Shown one piece after another: positions 24,719 through 44,181 of a DNA stretch of 64,000 nucleotides. A model generated the notes under the pieces. That model made no database searches, was not told the DNA's origin, and saw only the letters and a list, made by a program, of their open reading frames with translations. This stretch comes from Takakia lepidozioides. Its lineage: Eukaryota; Plantae; Bryophyta. Position numbers and translations under genes: made by a program. How positions within the stretch are numbered: the stretch's first letter is position 1; each line of letters opens with the position of its first letter. The DNA lies in the NCBI GenBank assembly GCA_030704615.1, contig CM060733.1, positions 18,910,001-18,974,000 on the forward strand. The letters are read 5' to 3'.

Positions 24719-25468
24719 GTCTGCCCACCTTCCCAAGGTCTTTCTGGGCACCAGCCCTTCAAGTTTGAATATCCTAAGACGGAAAAAATTCTCTAGCGAC
24801 AATAGGCAGCCGCAACTGTAGAGACCAGCAAATGAAAACCAGGAAAATATCTCCACTACTCGGCCGTTACAAGCGCATCAGCGTTGTAACGAGCTGAAAC
24901 TTTCTGCATACGGGGTTACTAATGACCCATTCATGCCCCCGCATCCTAAGCCATCCATAGCTTGCACCAGTGAGGACAAGAGACGCATCCAACATCGTGT
25001 CTTTCGACCTCATCTTTCAAATTATGCAAGCCCATTGCTCTGCGTCCAACACACCACAGCTGGGTCATGAAGATCTTTGCCTTCGACTGTCAGCCACCAA
25101 AGAACTCTAAGCTATGAATGTGATACAATCTGTAGCAGACAGACAACTTGCTTACACCTACTACCACTTCCGTTGTAGTTGAAGTCTGAAACAGAAGTTG
25201 ATATGAGCATTGAGAGCGTGTAACCCACTAACCAATCGGTCGTAGGCAGCAAGAACCCTCTTATCCAAAAGGGGCATTTTTGGACCCATAGTAACTAAGA
25301 GCTACCGAAATATTATTCTCCTTTTCTTACAAAGCTTTGGACAAATAGACCTCCGCTACCCCCATAGTGAGTGCTCTTGGTCTGAAGCTCATCAGCTGAA
25401 GGAAGGCTTGAAGCTCTGAGACATATCATCAGATCTTGAGAGCCAGAAAAGTGCTAGTTTGGGAATCC

Positions 25469-31115
<5,647 letters not shown>

Positions 31116-32527
31116 ATCAAAAGAAGAATTTGCGTATGAGTTTCAGCTGACGGGAGGAAAGCACCAGCGGTTAAGGTCAAGCACAAGCAACTTCTTTATT
31201 GTGAGGCACCAGATAGTGGTGAGAAAAGGTGGTTGGGGTCAATTTGTGGGAAGAGATGGCAAAAACATTTACTCAGGGATCTCTTTGGATGGCACAGGGC
31301 AGCTGACCAGTAGGCAGAGTCTAGATAAAAGGTAGTCATTGTGAAGTGATTTCATGCAGACCTGCAATTTAGATTGTACTTGTTCCAATTGTGAAACTTC
31401 CACAGCCAGTTTATTTCAAAATCGGATAATGTGCACACCAGCTGGGCTGTTTTGATTCCAGACCCCAGCTACCTGGCGATTCCGGGTACCTGGGACCGGA
31501 TCCGAACCGGAACCACGGCTCCTAGCAGGACAACGATCCTTTTGGGTTGATGGTCAGTCAAATCCTCAATGGGTTATGACACAAGGTCAAGGACAATGTA
31601 GTGAGGGCACCTTCTTCTTCGACCTATTTCAGCCTGTTTTGCCCTCTCATCAGACTCGGCCCTGACAAGTTACTGCCGATATGGCAGCAGGTAAGTATCC
31701 AAAAACAGATAACAGAGATGAGGAGAAGCTTTGGAATGAACACTTTTCCGACCCCAGTCAATGGTGGGACAATGTAGACAAAAAGGTGAATGCCTGTTGG
31801 ACTACAAAGAGAAGCAGATGCAATTCAGAATTGGAACTATTGTAATAAGTAGGGTTAGGGTGTTTGCTGGAAGAACTTCACGCCATCAGTGTCAGCTGCT
31901 AGCAGCAAGATGTATTCATGATTTGTACACAGGCAGGGATAGCTGAAGGACTAGGGATAGAGGTCCAGATTCATCCAAGAGGGCCGGATTTCAAACACAA
32001 GATTACTTCCGATTCCCTGTGGATCAATAGCTACAAGAAATCTGCGTGGGTAGATGGTTAACTGGAAACAGCAGTGGTTTCTTAGACCTTTTGTGGGTCT
32101 TGCTAACTAAGGTAAGGTCTCTGCAGGTAGCCCGCTGTACACTTTGGTTCCAAATTGAGGGCGATGGACTACTAAACTATGCTGGAAGTTGACTATCTCG
32201 GAATATTGAAGATCTGGAGAGTATTCCCACATCTTGCCCATAAAAACGCCACTCATGTCATTCACTAGTTAGGTACTTCACAAGGTGAAGCTTATTGATC
32301 GCCCAAAGCAGAGCTGGATTACGAAGAATAGAAGGGGGGCACTCACTTTTTTGTACTAAGCCTTGGAACATATTACCATCGAAAAATACCAATTAAACAT
32401 AGACTGAAAGATTGAAATGTATTGGCATTGCTTGTCATGAGTTGACATATTCTTATATGTCCTGGTTTTCACGTATTGACTTGTTTGATGCCCTAGGATG
32501 AAACCTTCAAAATGATGGATTTCGCAG

Positions 32528-32686
32528 CTCCACTTTTGTTGATTCAAGCGGCTGTGCCACGCATGGCTGCTCAAGGGAAGGGGTGTAATTGCCAATGTGG
32601 GCAGCATTGGTGCATACACTATTGGTCCTTGGGGTGGCATCTACTCCAGCTCGAAAGCAGTTGCATTCCTTGAGTGATGCACTTCG
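32528..32686 (+). pseudogene. Short-chain dehydrogenase/reductase pseudo-exon (At5g10050/AYR1-like)
   Basis: LIQAAVPRMAAQGK/GVIANVGSIGAYTIGPWGGIYSSSKA/LHSLSDALR with YxxxK motif; two frameshifts; donor mutated to ATAAGT. Confidence 0.8.
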
Positions 32687-33719
32687 ATAAGTACATGAGA
32701 AGAAACAATAGCAGTCCGAAATTGCTCCATTCCAACAATTGCATGTTGTCTAACACCAGATCCGTCCTTCCCCTCCTTCCACTGGGGAGAGAGAGAGAAG
32801 AGACAGAGAGAAAGAAAGGAATAAAACTCATAACGTCTCTATCATGTATCTAGCTTTCAACTTCAAAATGGTAGAATGCTTGAGATAGCTCCATGGAATT
32901 GATCTAGCCACTAAGGTCAGTTTTCTGGCTTTTAGAATCTCAAATGGTGTGAAGTCAATTCTTACTTCTCTCCAGTCCTGTGTCGTACCAAATATCTGAC
33001 GGTCTTTAGATGTGTATCATGTGTCATTTCTGTTTTTGTTTGTCTACCTACACATGCTGCAAAAATGGGATATTATATTCTGTGTTGGGGTGGGGGAGGT
33101 CGATGAGGCAGGTTTATTCAACTAAGGGAGGACTACAAGACAACCAAGATTGCGAGTAGATTCACCTCATTGGTTCAGTGATGGATCACTGAAACATCAA
33201 CTGCATTTTTACCACATTGTTGTTGTGGGAGTTGGCTCTACGGCTTTCTCCTCTCTATCTGGCTACACAGAGTGACCACACTACAAATCTTATGTGCGTT
33301 TTTATATAAGCCAAGTGTTTGGACTGGTTTAGCCATGGTTCTTGAGCTCACTATCATAACCAGCATTCCACCAGGTAACAACTGTCTCTCTGAGTTTATA
33401 GATTCGAGTGTCAACTCCTATAGTGACCTCACGAGGTCTTGAGCTAGATATGTGGCTCTTTATATAATGGTGAATCACTGCTTCAATCCTGGCATGGGCA
33501 AGCACAAGTCTTTGACCATACAACCATATGGAATCCAGTCCTAGGGCAAGAACCTGCTTGTAGTGGACACTAACAGCATGGTAAAACAGCATCTACAGCT
33601 GTAGATGTATAGCCATATCTGAGGTTGTCGACTGGACTTACATGTACTCATCAAACTCCATAGGTTAGTGTGTCAATGTTGATTAATGGTGAGGTGTTAG
33701 CTGTGTTGTAAAGTCCTAT

Positions 33720-34590
33720 GTTCCATCTATACCCCTCTTCCCATCATCATCACCCGGACCGCAACCTCATTGCCACCATTGTTCAAAAGGCCATTTCCAT
33801 AAACCACCCATTTCCTCAAAGTCCGCTTACACACTAGCATTCATGGTAATGAAGAAGTAAACCTACTCGCCCAACTCGGCGTCTCCCAACCCACAGTTGA
33901 ACCCACAAATGACCCTATCCATATCGCCCACACCCACCCCTTCTGGTTCATACACCCCGTTCCGGATCCCCTTGCACCTAGACTAGTCCGAAACCTTATG
34001 ACCACTCTGACCAGAGAAGCAAATAAACAAGTTGCAGCCTCCATCCGTCATACCAAACATCCAAAAATGGACTCAATCCAATGTACTGCACCATAAACTC
34101 TCAAATCATTTCTGGCTAACCAAAGCTACCGCTGACGCATAAATCCGACGAACACTCAAATTCCGGTATGCCCAATACATGGGCCACCAGCGCAAACATA
34201 TCTTCTGGTCACATTTTGCCACGGTCGTTACCCAAATGACTCGATCTTAGAAAAACGTCAAAAATATGTCCCGCTTATCCTTGCAATCCGAAGGCGTGGC
34301 TGGAAAACCGGCCCGCTAACCGTCATCTCGTCAGTACTCGAGGCGATATTCGTAATGCCAGTATCAATGACATACACGATACCTTCAAAATTCCAATTCC
34401 TCCCATCCACAAGAGCTTCAAAGAAATTCATATCACAGCACTCCATTCACTCACAGCTCACCACCTCCTCTATTCTCAACGGTCAACTGGTGTCCCACAG
34501 GAAACTTTTCTTTTATAGGGCCTACCCCCGAAAAGGGCCCGTAGCCGCAAGGCGAAGTGGCTCTTAGTTTGGGCCGGAGTCTTCTTTCTC
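33720..34590 (+). mobile_element. Degenerate LINE 3' end carrying the structured tail motif
   Basis: LKFRYAQYMGHQRKHIFW-like ORF2 remnant near 34150-34210, followed by the GGGCC...GTGGCTC tail. Confidence 0.5.
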
Positions 34591-36148
34591 TTCCATCTGT
34601 AATGCAAATGTTCTCCGAGCACGTGTAGCGAGTTTTCCCTTATCTATTGATATGCAGCTCGTATTCACTTTATAGAGGAGGAGATGAACCTCACATCAAT
34701 TAGCACGCAACAACACACTTCACAATGATGTACTAAAACACGCTTCCATCTTTGCAGCTTAGAGGAATTATTTTCCATTTGTGACAGTTGTTCAATTGGA
34801 AGTACCAATGAGAGGTTCCGCGGCTTTTGAACGCTTGGCAGCCCCTGACCTTTAACATGTCCTGCTAGATGTTTTCGCCTAGACCTTCCAGCTTTGCTAG
34901 TTGACCATCTGCCCGCAGCAGCTCTCTTCGTACTCCAGTGCCCATGAGAGTGACACACTCCGTCCCTGCCTTCTTCAGCATGTTGAAGGTAACTGTGCCT
35001 GATCCAACCTGCAATCTCTCTGCAACATATGAACAGGGTTTTTGTGCTATTTGCTTGTTTGCTACTGTTACTCCCAGTCTTGCGACCAATGGTCTAACAA
35101 ACTTTCTTGGGCAAAACTCTGACGATACTTGTCTGGTATTTGCGAGGTACTTTCTACAACAGGGTTGGACTCTCCCATACATACAACAACATAGTTGAGC
35201 AAACGCCCCATTGAGCAAACACCCCGTTGTCCCATCCGTGCTAAAATGCCGGATTTTCACCTCCATTGTATTGTTTACACCTACTAGAACCATTATCTGC
35301 CTGTTGTATCAGGATAGCTACCTCGGGGGCCTCCCAACGAGTTTCACCAATTCGCCATAAGGACTCATCTCTGCCCATTGATGTCTCAAAGGGTCAAGTA
35401 TTTTGTGTCTGGGTGGCCTCTTCAGGTGATTTTAATCAACACCCGGTCCTCTACCCTGGCTACTTCATGATTTGATGCAAGTGATGACCCTTGTGCATGA
35501 CCGAAGAGCTCAACCCCTTGTCAAATTTGGAATAGATTCATGAAAAGAATGTATATGGCTGCAATGTACCTAGTTCGCGCTTGGAAGGCCTTCCATATTA
35601 TAGTCGTTCTCAGGGCTCCAGAATTCAAAGTACTCCTGGATCAGGTACTTTGAAATTTCATTTCACTGCAAAGGCAGCGTGAAAGAATGGAATCTTACAT
35701 GATTTTCATAGCTGGTCAGAAGGGCTCAGAATTCATCATCCCAAACCTGTGCTCCCTCTATATTTTCTTGCCCCTCATTACGGAGAAACGAAATAGCAGG
35801 CCCTCCCCTTGTCCTCTCCACCATTACCAATCCACATACTTGAAACAAGATGATAAGGAAATGTCACTACACTCACCAGAAGAAACACCACAGTCCACAA
35901 CAAGCACCTTATATTGCTGCCTATAGTCCAGAAAAATTCAGCTGTCTTGGAAGTCCTGTCTGCGCATCATGTACCCAGCGCTGTTATCAACAAAACACTA
36001 CTTTGGTAGTCATCCCCACATTTAAATGAACAATAAGCAAATGTTGATGTAAATCAAAAATGCAGAATGATGGCCTTTTCCTAACCCAGGCCTCTGACCT
36101 AATCCTGATGATGCATGTTGACCTTTATGCTAAGGCTCAGTAACACGT

Positions 36149-36191
36149 TCTTAGAGACATGGCTCTTAGAGACATGGCTCTTAGAGACATG
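36149..36191 (+). repeat. 15-bp tandem repeat x~3
   Basis: TCTTAGAGACATGGC repeated. Confidence 0.9.
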
Positions 36192-36754
36192 ATCGCTCAT
36201 ATCATTCATCTAAAATCTTCACACATAACACAATTCACTTGGCTTGTATTGGGACACTGCACCAACACCAACATCATCGCAACAAAACAGATTGTCACCT
36301 ACACCAGCTACCCTTGAAGAGGCTTGGGCACAATCAATCATCCTTGATATTCATAAACCCTCCCGTGAAGCCAGCTCCGTTGCAGTTCCCAGGTTTCCTT
36401 TCACTGGACGTCAAAGAAACTATATCTTTATCTTCCTTTTAAGGGAAAAAAAAGAAAAATATCTGACCTTACCACTACCAAATCTGTAAGTTCTTACATT
36501 GTTCTTCATTTTCATTATTATTATTTTTTAAAGAAGAGGAGCAGACAGCAGACGCCCATAAAACTTTACAAAAAGGTGAAAAGGTCCAAAAAGAACAAGG
36601 GATTGAAGACAGGAGATCATCGAAATCTGGACAAGTACCATAAGATCATATCCCTCTTTTATACTTTTACATTGTTCCTAATGTTCGCATAGTATATATT
36701 TCCAATAAAAAGAATGATTGTTCCGAATTTGTCGCCAGTACTAACGCGCACATC

Positions 36755-36905
36755 GGCTGGTAGCTCAGCTGATAGGTGCACAGTGTGTCGCCCTGGTGAT
36801 GCAGGGTTCAATCCTGCTGCCCTGCCCAGTGTGTGGGATTGTTCGCGACGGTATGTCTGGGCGTTGATCGTCCCCATTAGGTCTCATGGCCCATAAATAA
36901 AAGGG
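36755..36905 (+). mobile_element. tRNA-derived SINE
   Basis: A-box TAGCTCAGCTGA at 36761-36772, B-box GGTTCAATCC at 36805-36814, A-rich end. Confidence 0.6.
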
Positions 36906-38063
36906 GTTAATTTTTTCCCCCTCCTCAAGTGCCTGAATTGTGGGCTGTCACCCCCAGGTTTCCTTTTTATTTTATTTTATTTTTTAAATTACCTAGTTCG
37001 GAATCAGTTTTTTATTTTTCCGAAGATACCATTATAATTGTTTAGTTAATTACAAAACCGAAACCACTGATATTTTCCAACAAATGACTGTGACCAGAAC
37101 CATCCTGATGTTCGAAGAACCCAAACCAAAAGTGGGAGGCGGAGGTTCTTTAAATAAGCAACAAGCACCCAACAACCTTGGCCTGGGTCGGGAAGATGAC
37201 TGCCATCTTTCCAGATCTGCTCTTTCAAACCATTATTTCCACTGTCCAAAATCCAACACAGTATACATTTGACTGACAAAGCCAATGCTAGGATTGGGCA
37301 ATTTGAATCACCTAATATCCTGCTTGCCTGCACCAGGCATTTCTCTGATAAACAAGACACCTCTTGCATGGAGGCCTGGGAGGAAAGGGTCCTTTTGTCC
37401 GGTTGTCCACTGACGGGTGGATGATGGAAAAGAGATGGTCCTGGACTTCTGAGTGTAACTAAGAGGTCTACATGAAAGCACATAATGCCACGAAAACATT
37501 GTTTCAGTTTCTTGCCTGTCCACCCTGTTAAGATAAGAGCACTGCCTTATCATACAAATATCGTATTAATTGAACAAGACGTGAACTTTCTAAGTAAAGC
37601 TACTGGTTTTTTGGCAGTTTCCCCGGTAAGTACCTGCATCACCCTCAAGACAATGACTCAGGTGTTGAATCTCCCTTTGTGGCAAGTGATGGTCAAATCA
37701 GATGCGAGTACTTCACACATTGCATGTGTAATTACACTCACATCAAAATTTGCTTGAAGAGAAAGGTGCAAAGGCCATGGGTGATGGAAATGGGACCGAC
37801 TGTATGCTTGCATACATACTTGAAGAATTGAATCACCCCCAAGAACTATTAGGATACATGGTAGAGCCAGACAGAGGACAAGCTCCCAAATTCCAGCCGA
37901 AAAGGATGATTCTACAAGCTCCCGACAACACTGCTATCTTTCCAAACTACCAACATATGGATCTAGCATCATGCAGCAAATCGTATCCAATTTCAATCAT
38001 GAGATTCCAAACCATACAATAAGAACACATCACTCCATAATTAGATTATGGATGTTCACCAGA

Positions 38064-41000
38064 TCAGTTGCTTGCGGCCTTTGACCTCTTCTCTTCTTCC
38101 AACTTTGCCTTGATGAGGGAGTAGCCAGCAACACCAGCAATGGCAATTGCAGTACCAATGCCAGTCTGAGTAGAAATTTTATTGCCTGCGGTGACAAGCA
38201 TCATATTCAAAAGATTGATCAAGATCAAGTAATCTCCTCACCCCTGCGTTCATGGATAAACTTACCTTTAATGTACATAATCACTAAGCAAATCACTTCC
38301 AATTTTCTCTCACGGGTGGCCGAACAAAATGGCCTACTTGGAGGCACTTCTGAAATTGGCAACTCACATGCCCTATAAGAGACTAGTACAATTGTGCCAA
38401 CAAAGTGAAAACCCCACCTTAGGCAGTTTGATGCTACACTTAAGCTGAACAACAACAAAGCTGAGAGGAAGACACACAAAACATGATGCCTACCCTGATG
38501 AAGGAAGATAAAGGAGTCCTACAATGTAAATACAAAAGAATCCATATGACAATCTACTGGACCCTAAGCTGTAGCCAACATTATAGCACACAAATGATTG
38601 ATGAACCAAACACTGGAGGATTTATCTGTATAAGTGTCAAGTTAAACCCTGAAATCAAGAGTGATTTTAGGATAAAAATAAAGATGAGACAATATGCGTG
38701 ACGAGCGCAAAAGAGAAAAAACCTACAGAACAACAAATGGAGAGTCCATTGCAGAGTACAAGACAAGAATAAGTGAAAGATGGTACAACTTACCAAATAC
38801 AATAATTGAAAAGCCAATGACAAACACCCGCTTCAGAACGTTACCAACAGCATGGGTAAGTGGTGCTACTCTCTCCAACGTGTTGTTAGCAAGCTGCAAT
38901 GCCAATCAAAAGACATGCAGTCAAAAGAGGTTAACTTGGATATGTTCGACACTCTCAGTGAAATGTCCTGTCTGCTAGGCCACAGCAAAGCTTGCACTGA
39001 CATAGAACCATGGCTTTAGTGCAAGCACCTGTGAAGCCTGTTAATTGCACATTGTGGCAGAGGCCTATTGTGAACGGGTGGCTTGTTGGATTTTTTATCC
39101 TCTGTCTTATTGGCATCAAGGAGGATTTGCAAGGTTTCACACATAAAACGAGCAAGGTCGCCACATATACATCACTCCATTACAAGAGTGCAGCTGTCAA
39201 TCAAAGACCATTAGGCTTCAACAGCAGGCACGTGATGAAGATTGGCTCAATATGCATACCTGATTATAAAGATGATAAAACATGCCAACCCAGAAGAGGT
39301 CTGTCACAAATTTGTTCAAGCCAACCTTGGCTATCCCATCAGCAAACCCAGACTGCAAGAGTTGTGGGCCCTCAATCTGCACAAAGTAGGGTAAGGAATA
39401 AGACACAGTTCATAGAATTCTTGGGCAACCAGTCTGTAACTTGGAAAAATGTAGCAACCCTGCCAAGTACAGAAAGATACTTGAGACAAAGCCTGATTAA
39501 CATCACTTTGATCCTTCAATTGTGCTTGTTATAAAGCAGGGGAAGGCTCACATCCACACCAAGCCTGCTTAGAACTTTAAAATTGCACAATTTATTATTC
39601 CAGCCTGCCTTTATTCCAATGTCTTGTAAGCTACACCTATTTGCAAACTGAGGTACAACAAGAAAATGATCATTTCATAAATCCAATAAGCTGATTCTTT
39701 TGCATATGAAGGTGCCAATCTCAGTTCCAGACATTAAAATTAGAAAGAAACTCACCAAAATGGCAGGAGGAATGCAGAAAAGCAACGAGAGTATTGAGAT
39801 GTACGCATACACATTGGTGCTGTCCATCCCCGTCTACACACCACCAAGTACTTTTTGTCAATTTGCAGTAGAACTGTTTATGGGCCAACTATAGATAGGG
39901 CACTACATTGTGGTAAAGCAAGAGACAGAAAAAGCCGCTCTCAATATTGGTTCAATAGATTTGAGATAAGGTATACGTGGTTAACCTCAGTCCCTGATAA
40001 TAGTAAATACTATGCTGGCAAACTCCACCTAGCGTGCAGAGAACTCCTATTTGTCAAGCACCCCTCCAAACTGCATACCATATCAAGTTTCCTCACCTTG
40101 ACATCCATGTCCCTCAAGGGATGATACCTTTCCACTGAAGATCTCACAAAGAATTATCTCTAGTTTTTGTTCACAAAAAGAAACAAACAAACAAACTTCA
40201 TGATGCATTGTTCTCAGAAAGACAGCACCCTGCTACATACCATAGCCTTCTTTGAGTAGATGTTTCTGTACGTGAAAGCCACATTTGCAGTCATGGCACT
40301 TATAAAACCCTTCCAGTTGAATGATAGCTCAGTCATCGATGCCATTGAGACACCTATGAGGGAAAGAACAGTCTTATTAGAATCCAGAATCATTGTCCAT
40401 TTGAGTGTTCCAAATACATTATCACCAAACATAAAGTGCCCAAGTCAGAGCTTCAGCATCTCTCGGAAAAACTAGCATGCATAACTTAACGTGTTTCAAC
40501 TCCAATAATGGAGCAATAAGAAAGAGTCACATTCCAGAAAAATATGTTTAGATTCACATGCACGATCATACTATTAGAAGAACAGAAAGTTTCGAAGTAT
40601 TCCAAGAGACTTCCCTTCAAAACAGAACAGAAACACAGACGTGAGCACAATGCAGGAAAAAGTATCACAGGTGCTGACAGCCGGTAAGCTCAAAAGCCTT
40701 AACTCACCGAAGACAATGGGTGCCAAAGACAGCCAAAGGGTGGGAGGAATGCTTTGTCCCAGAATAAATTGAGAGGCCGCCGCATTGAAGAAAGGCTCCA
40801 ATGCTGTGGGCACCAAGAAAGAAACAGGCAGTTAAAGGTGGTCAATTCAAGCCCATTGCAAATGCGATTCCAGCTTTTTGCATAGAAGAAGTCCTGCTTG
40901 AGAGCAAGCATGTACAACTAAGCTCAAAATTCTGTAGATAATGAGTATGAACATAATTGGATAAGTACTGCACACGGCGACAGACTAGATACATAAACAG

Positions 41001-43626
41001 TACTTTCCACATTTTAAACTACCAAAATCATATCGATTCTAGTTAGAATTAACCTTGTGCACTCTGCAATCAACATGAGTGTGAGGCAAGTGCTGTAGAA
41101 GCCATTTGACCACACTAACCTTTGATTGTATGGGTGAAGGAAACCGCAACTGCTGCAAATGAGACATTGGTCATTACATGTCCCAACGCATGGCAAAAGG
41201 ATACTGGCAGCAGCAGCAGCAAGAGCTCCTTGTCAATCGGCTGCAGTGGATCTCATCATTGACAATGACACACACAGAATCACAGCCTTGAAAAGAATGA
41301 GGTGAACTTGTCCTCAGAAAACTCTGACAGAAGACGGCAAACAAGAACCAAAATCAAGAGGTGTACATAGGCTTGCACACGATGCGGTCGTTGTTCATGA
41401 CATGCATGTATGATACTGAATAGTTATTGTGCCACTACATCATGTCAGTGTTATTTTATTTCAAGAGAGGTGTCCATAAGTGGGACATCATGGAGAGGTT
41501 CTCAAGCATTATAAGCCCTTAAGACCATTCCACCATACCCTAATGGCAAACCCCTCTGTAAAAAGTTGACAAGCCCACTTGAGGTTTGCCAAAAGGCTGA
41601 GTTCTTACTAGGACGCATGCAAGTCAACGAAAACAGCCCAACAGAAGATATGAGGGCTAGATATAAATACACCAGCCAATCTGGCTGATACATAAGCTTT
41701 AGAAGGTCCCCATTGTTGTTAGGAAAGGCACAGATGTTACTTACGGCCCGTTTAGGAGTCCCCAGTGCCCAGCAGATAGCACAATACACCACACCAACCA
41801 ACAGGTGTATGACAGAAACAAAACTGCAACCACAGCCACAGAAATGGAGTTCTCTGCTGAGAAATTGAAGAACAGGTGCAAACCAATCATGTTTAGCTTC
41901 AATAGCACAAGAAGAAGCACACTAGATATTGAGGCACTGGCAACAAAATGTAGTCTGCAAAAAAAGCCTTCATAGGTTAGGTGAAAATGTACACCAGCCA
42001 CTTGCAAACTTTATGTGGAACATAAGGTGAGTCTCAATATTTTGCCAACCCTACCTCCCCTAAGTAAATGACAGACTCAAGTACATAAATGTAAAACCTG
42101 CACAAGTTGCATGGACAGCAATCTCTAACAAACAATCAATGGCATCTACATTACTCCAACTTCCATAACCTTGTGATAAATCCCAAGTGTGTATGCAACC
42201 GAGAATTGGAAATAAACTTACTAGGGATATGGAAAATAATTGTAGATTTTCTTGTTCAAGATGTTGAAAATGACATTCAAGAAGTACCTGTAGCAGAGAT
42301 CACAAGATACAGGTCCGTTAGGTGTCTCTAGCTTATCCAGATCTCTGTGAACCTGATATCACAAGAACTGCTCTTATCTATGTGCAGCACATTTTATGAG
42401 AAAACCTAATGTTATCAATTAATTCAACAACCCACTCAACAAAATCCTCAACTCCTGTTGGAGAAAGAAACTTGATGCCGTGACCGAACTTTCAAGGAAG
42501 ACATAACTAAGATATGATCCCCGCCCTAAACTGCCAATCTCCTTGACATTGAGAGAGGATGGATTTTGATCGAGGAGAATACTAAGGCTGTATCACCTGA
42601 GGAGGTGATTTGACCGAAATGCAAAGAAGTATCGATCTATTGTCTCAAGCCCGTAACAAGTGAAAAACAAACTAATCAGAAGAGTCAACTAGCCATATCC
42701 AGAGTCCCAAAAGCTAACCAACTTCAACTACTAACTTCCGACCCCGTCATCAACTATCAGCACTGATCATTTAAACCAGCCAATCACCTTATCACAAAGA
42801 AATATGCTTATAAAATTGAAATGTTAGACTTACCAATTGAAAAAGAAGAATCCAGTCACCAAGGAAGGGTACTTAGCGGAGAAAGATTCGACAGGACCAG
42901 AACTCTTTGCAACTCTGCACATAGCCAAGAATCTTCCGAATGACCGGGACGCCGCATCCAGCTACAAATATTTCTCAAACATTCACCTCCAGTCACAACT
43001 ACACAGCAACTGTACATCTTCTCTATGCGCATGCGAAGTCTCCTACAATATCATGCATAATTTCAGGTACAATTGAATATACGAAGCTCCTTCTTGCACC
43101 AACGAGTATCCTTCGTCAAACAGAAGCAGTCTGGGAGCCATATGATCCATTCGCCTGGAGCGAATCGTAGAGAACCAAGAAGACATTGTCTTCACTCTGA
43201 CAAGATGTGCAAATCCAAATCCAATCAAAGAATGCAAGTATGTGTCTGAAGTTACTCGGGCACTGGAGCTCCCTCAGCATCGGAAGCTGCGGCCATGCAG
43301 ACAGGAGATGTAACCTGCTTAACTGCCGGGCCATTCAGGCTCCTCTTCAAAGGGACAAAAGGAAGGTCCCGCACAGTAACAGGCTTGGCAAGAAACGATG
43401 ATTGAAACGCTGGAAGCTTCACACTGATCTGGCTTGGTTTCCTCAAGCCCTGCATTCCATGTGCTTCCGCGGCCAGCAACGATCTTGCCTTCAAACCACA
43501 TGCCCGCGGCACACTCCATGAGCTACGACCTCTGATTGCTCCAAATCCTATCTGGGACTCCAAAACTCGCTCACTTGCCATCGATGAGGACACCCCCGCA
43601 CAGGGCACAGACGCAAGCGCAGCCAT
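38064..43626 (-). CDS. TPT: Chloroplast triose-phosphate/phosphate translocator, 11 exons
   Basis: Exons 43626-43256, 42914-42834, 42287-42222, 41823-41745, 41240-41120, 40803-40708, 40353-40241, 39833-39756, 39376-39260, 38893-38794, 38185-38064. Motifs [46 protein letters not shown]. Confidence 0.96.
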
Positions 43627-44082
43627 CGCACGCAAGCTTCAGGAATCCCAAGCTTCAGGAATCCCTGACAATTGCTCGCAGATCGTGAGCCGAGTGACGA
43701 GAGTCCTGCTCCGCACACGCATCCCCAAGCCTATATCGCATCTTCCCCACCTTCCGGGTCCGCGCACCCGCATTGCACCGGCCCGCTGTCGTCCTAGGGC
43801 AGCCTTGGAAAATTTTCCCAACACCAGCGTTGAAATTTGGCGATCTGCCCGTTGATTTTGGCACTGTGGGATAGAAAAACAAGTTTGGGCAATACTAAAA
43901 GGACCAATGGCAAGCCCCCTTCCAGGATGATGGGTCACCTCCACAAGTTTGGATGGTGGTAACAAGTAACAACCTCATCTTTTTCTACTATCTTGAAGGG
44001 TGAAATAGTATTTATAAGGAACTCCCCATAGCCACCCCTCACAAAACAGGGCCCTTAATTCTAGTGAAGAGGTGCCAAGTCT

Positions 44083-44181
44083 AAGGGAAGGGGGAGAAGA
44101 TGATACACACCCGACAAAGTAGTAGGATTTGAGCCCAGAATCACCTGGGTGGCACTTAGTGCTGTATCCAACTGAGCTACC
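44083..44181 (-). mobile_element. tRNA-derived SINE head
   Basis: TAGCTCAGTTGG...GGCTCAAATCC on the minus strand; homologous to 4170-4263. Confidence 0.6.

Noticed and set aside
34650-35620. Minus-strand coding-like stretch with splice-like signals
   Set aside because: Many stops and no family recognised.
36755-36830. tRNA gene
   Set aside because: No convincing acceptor or anticodon stems; dispersed degenerate copies fit a SINE.
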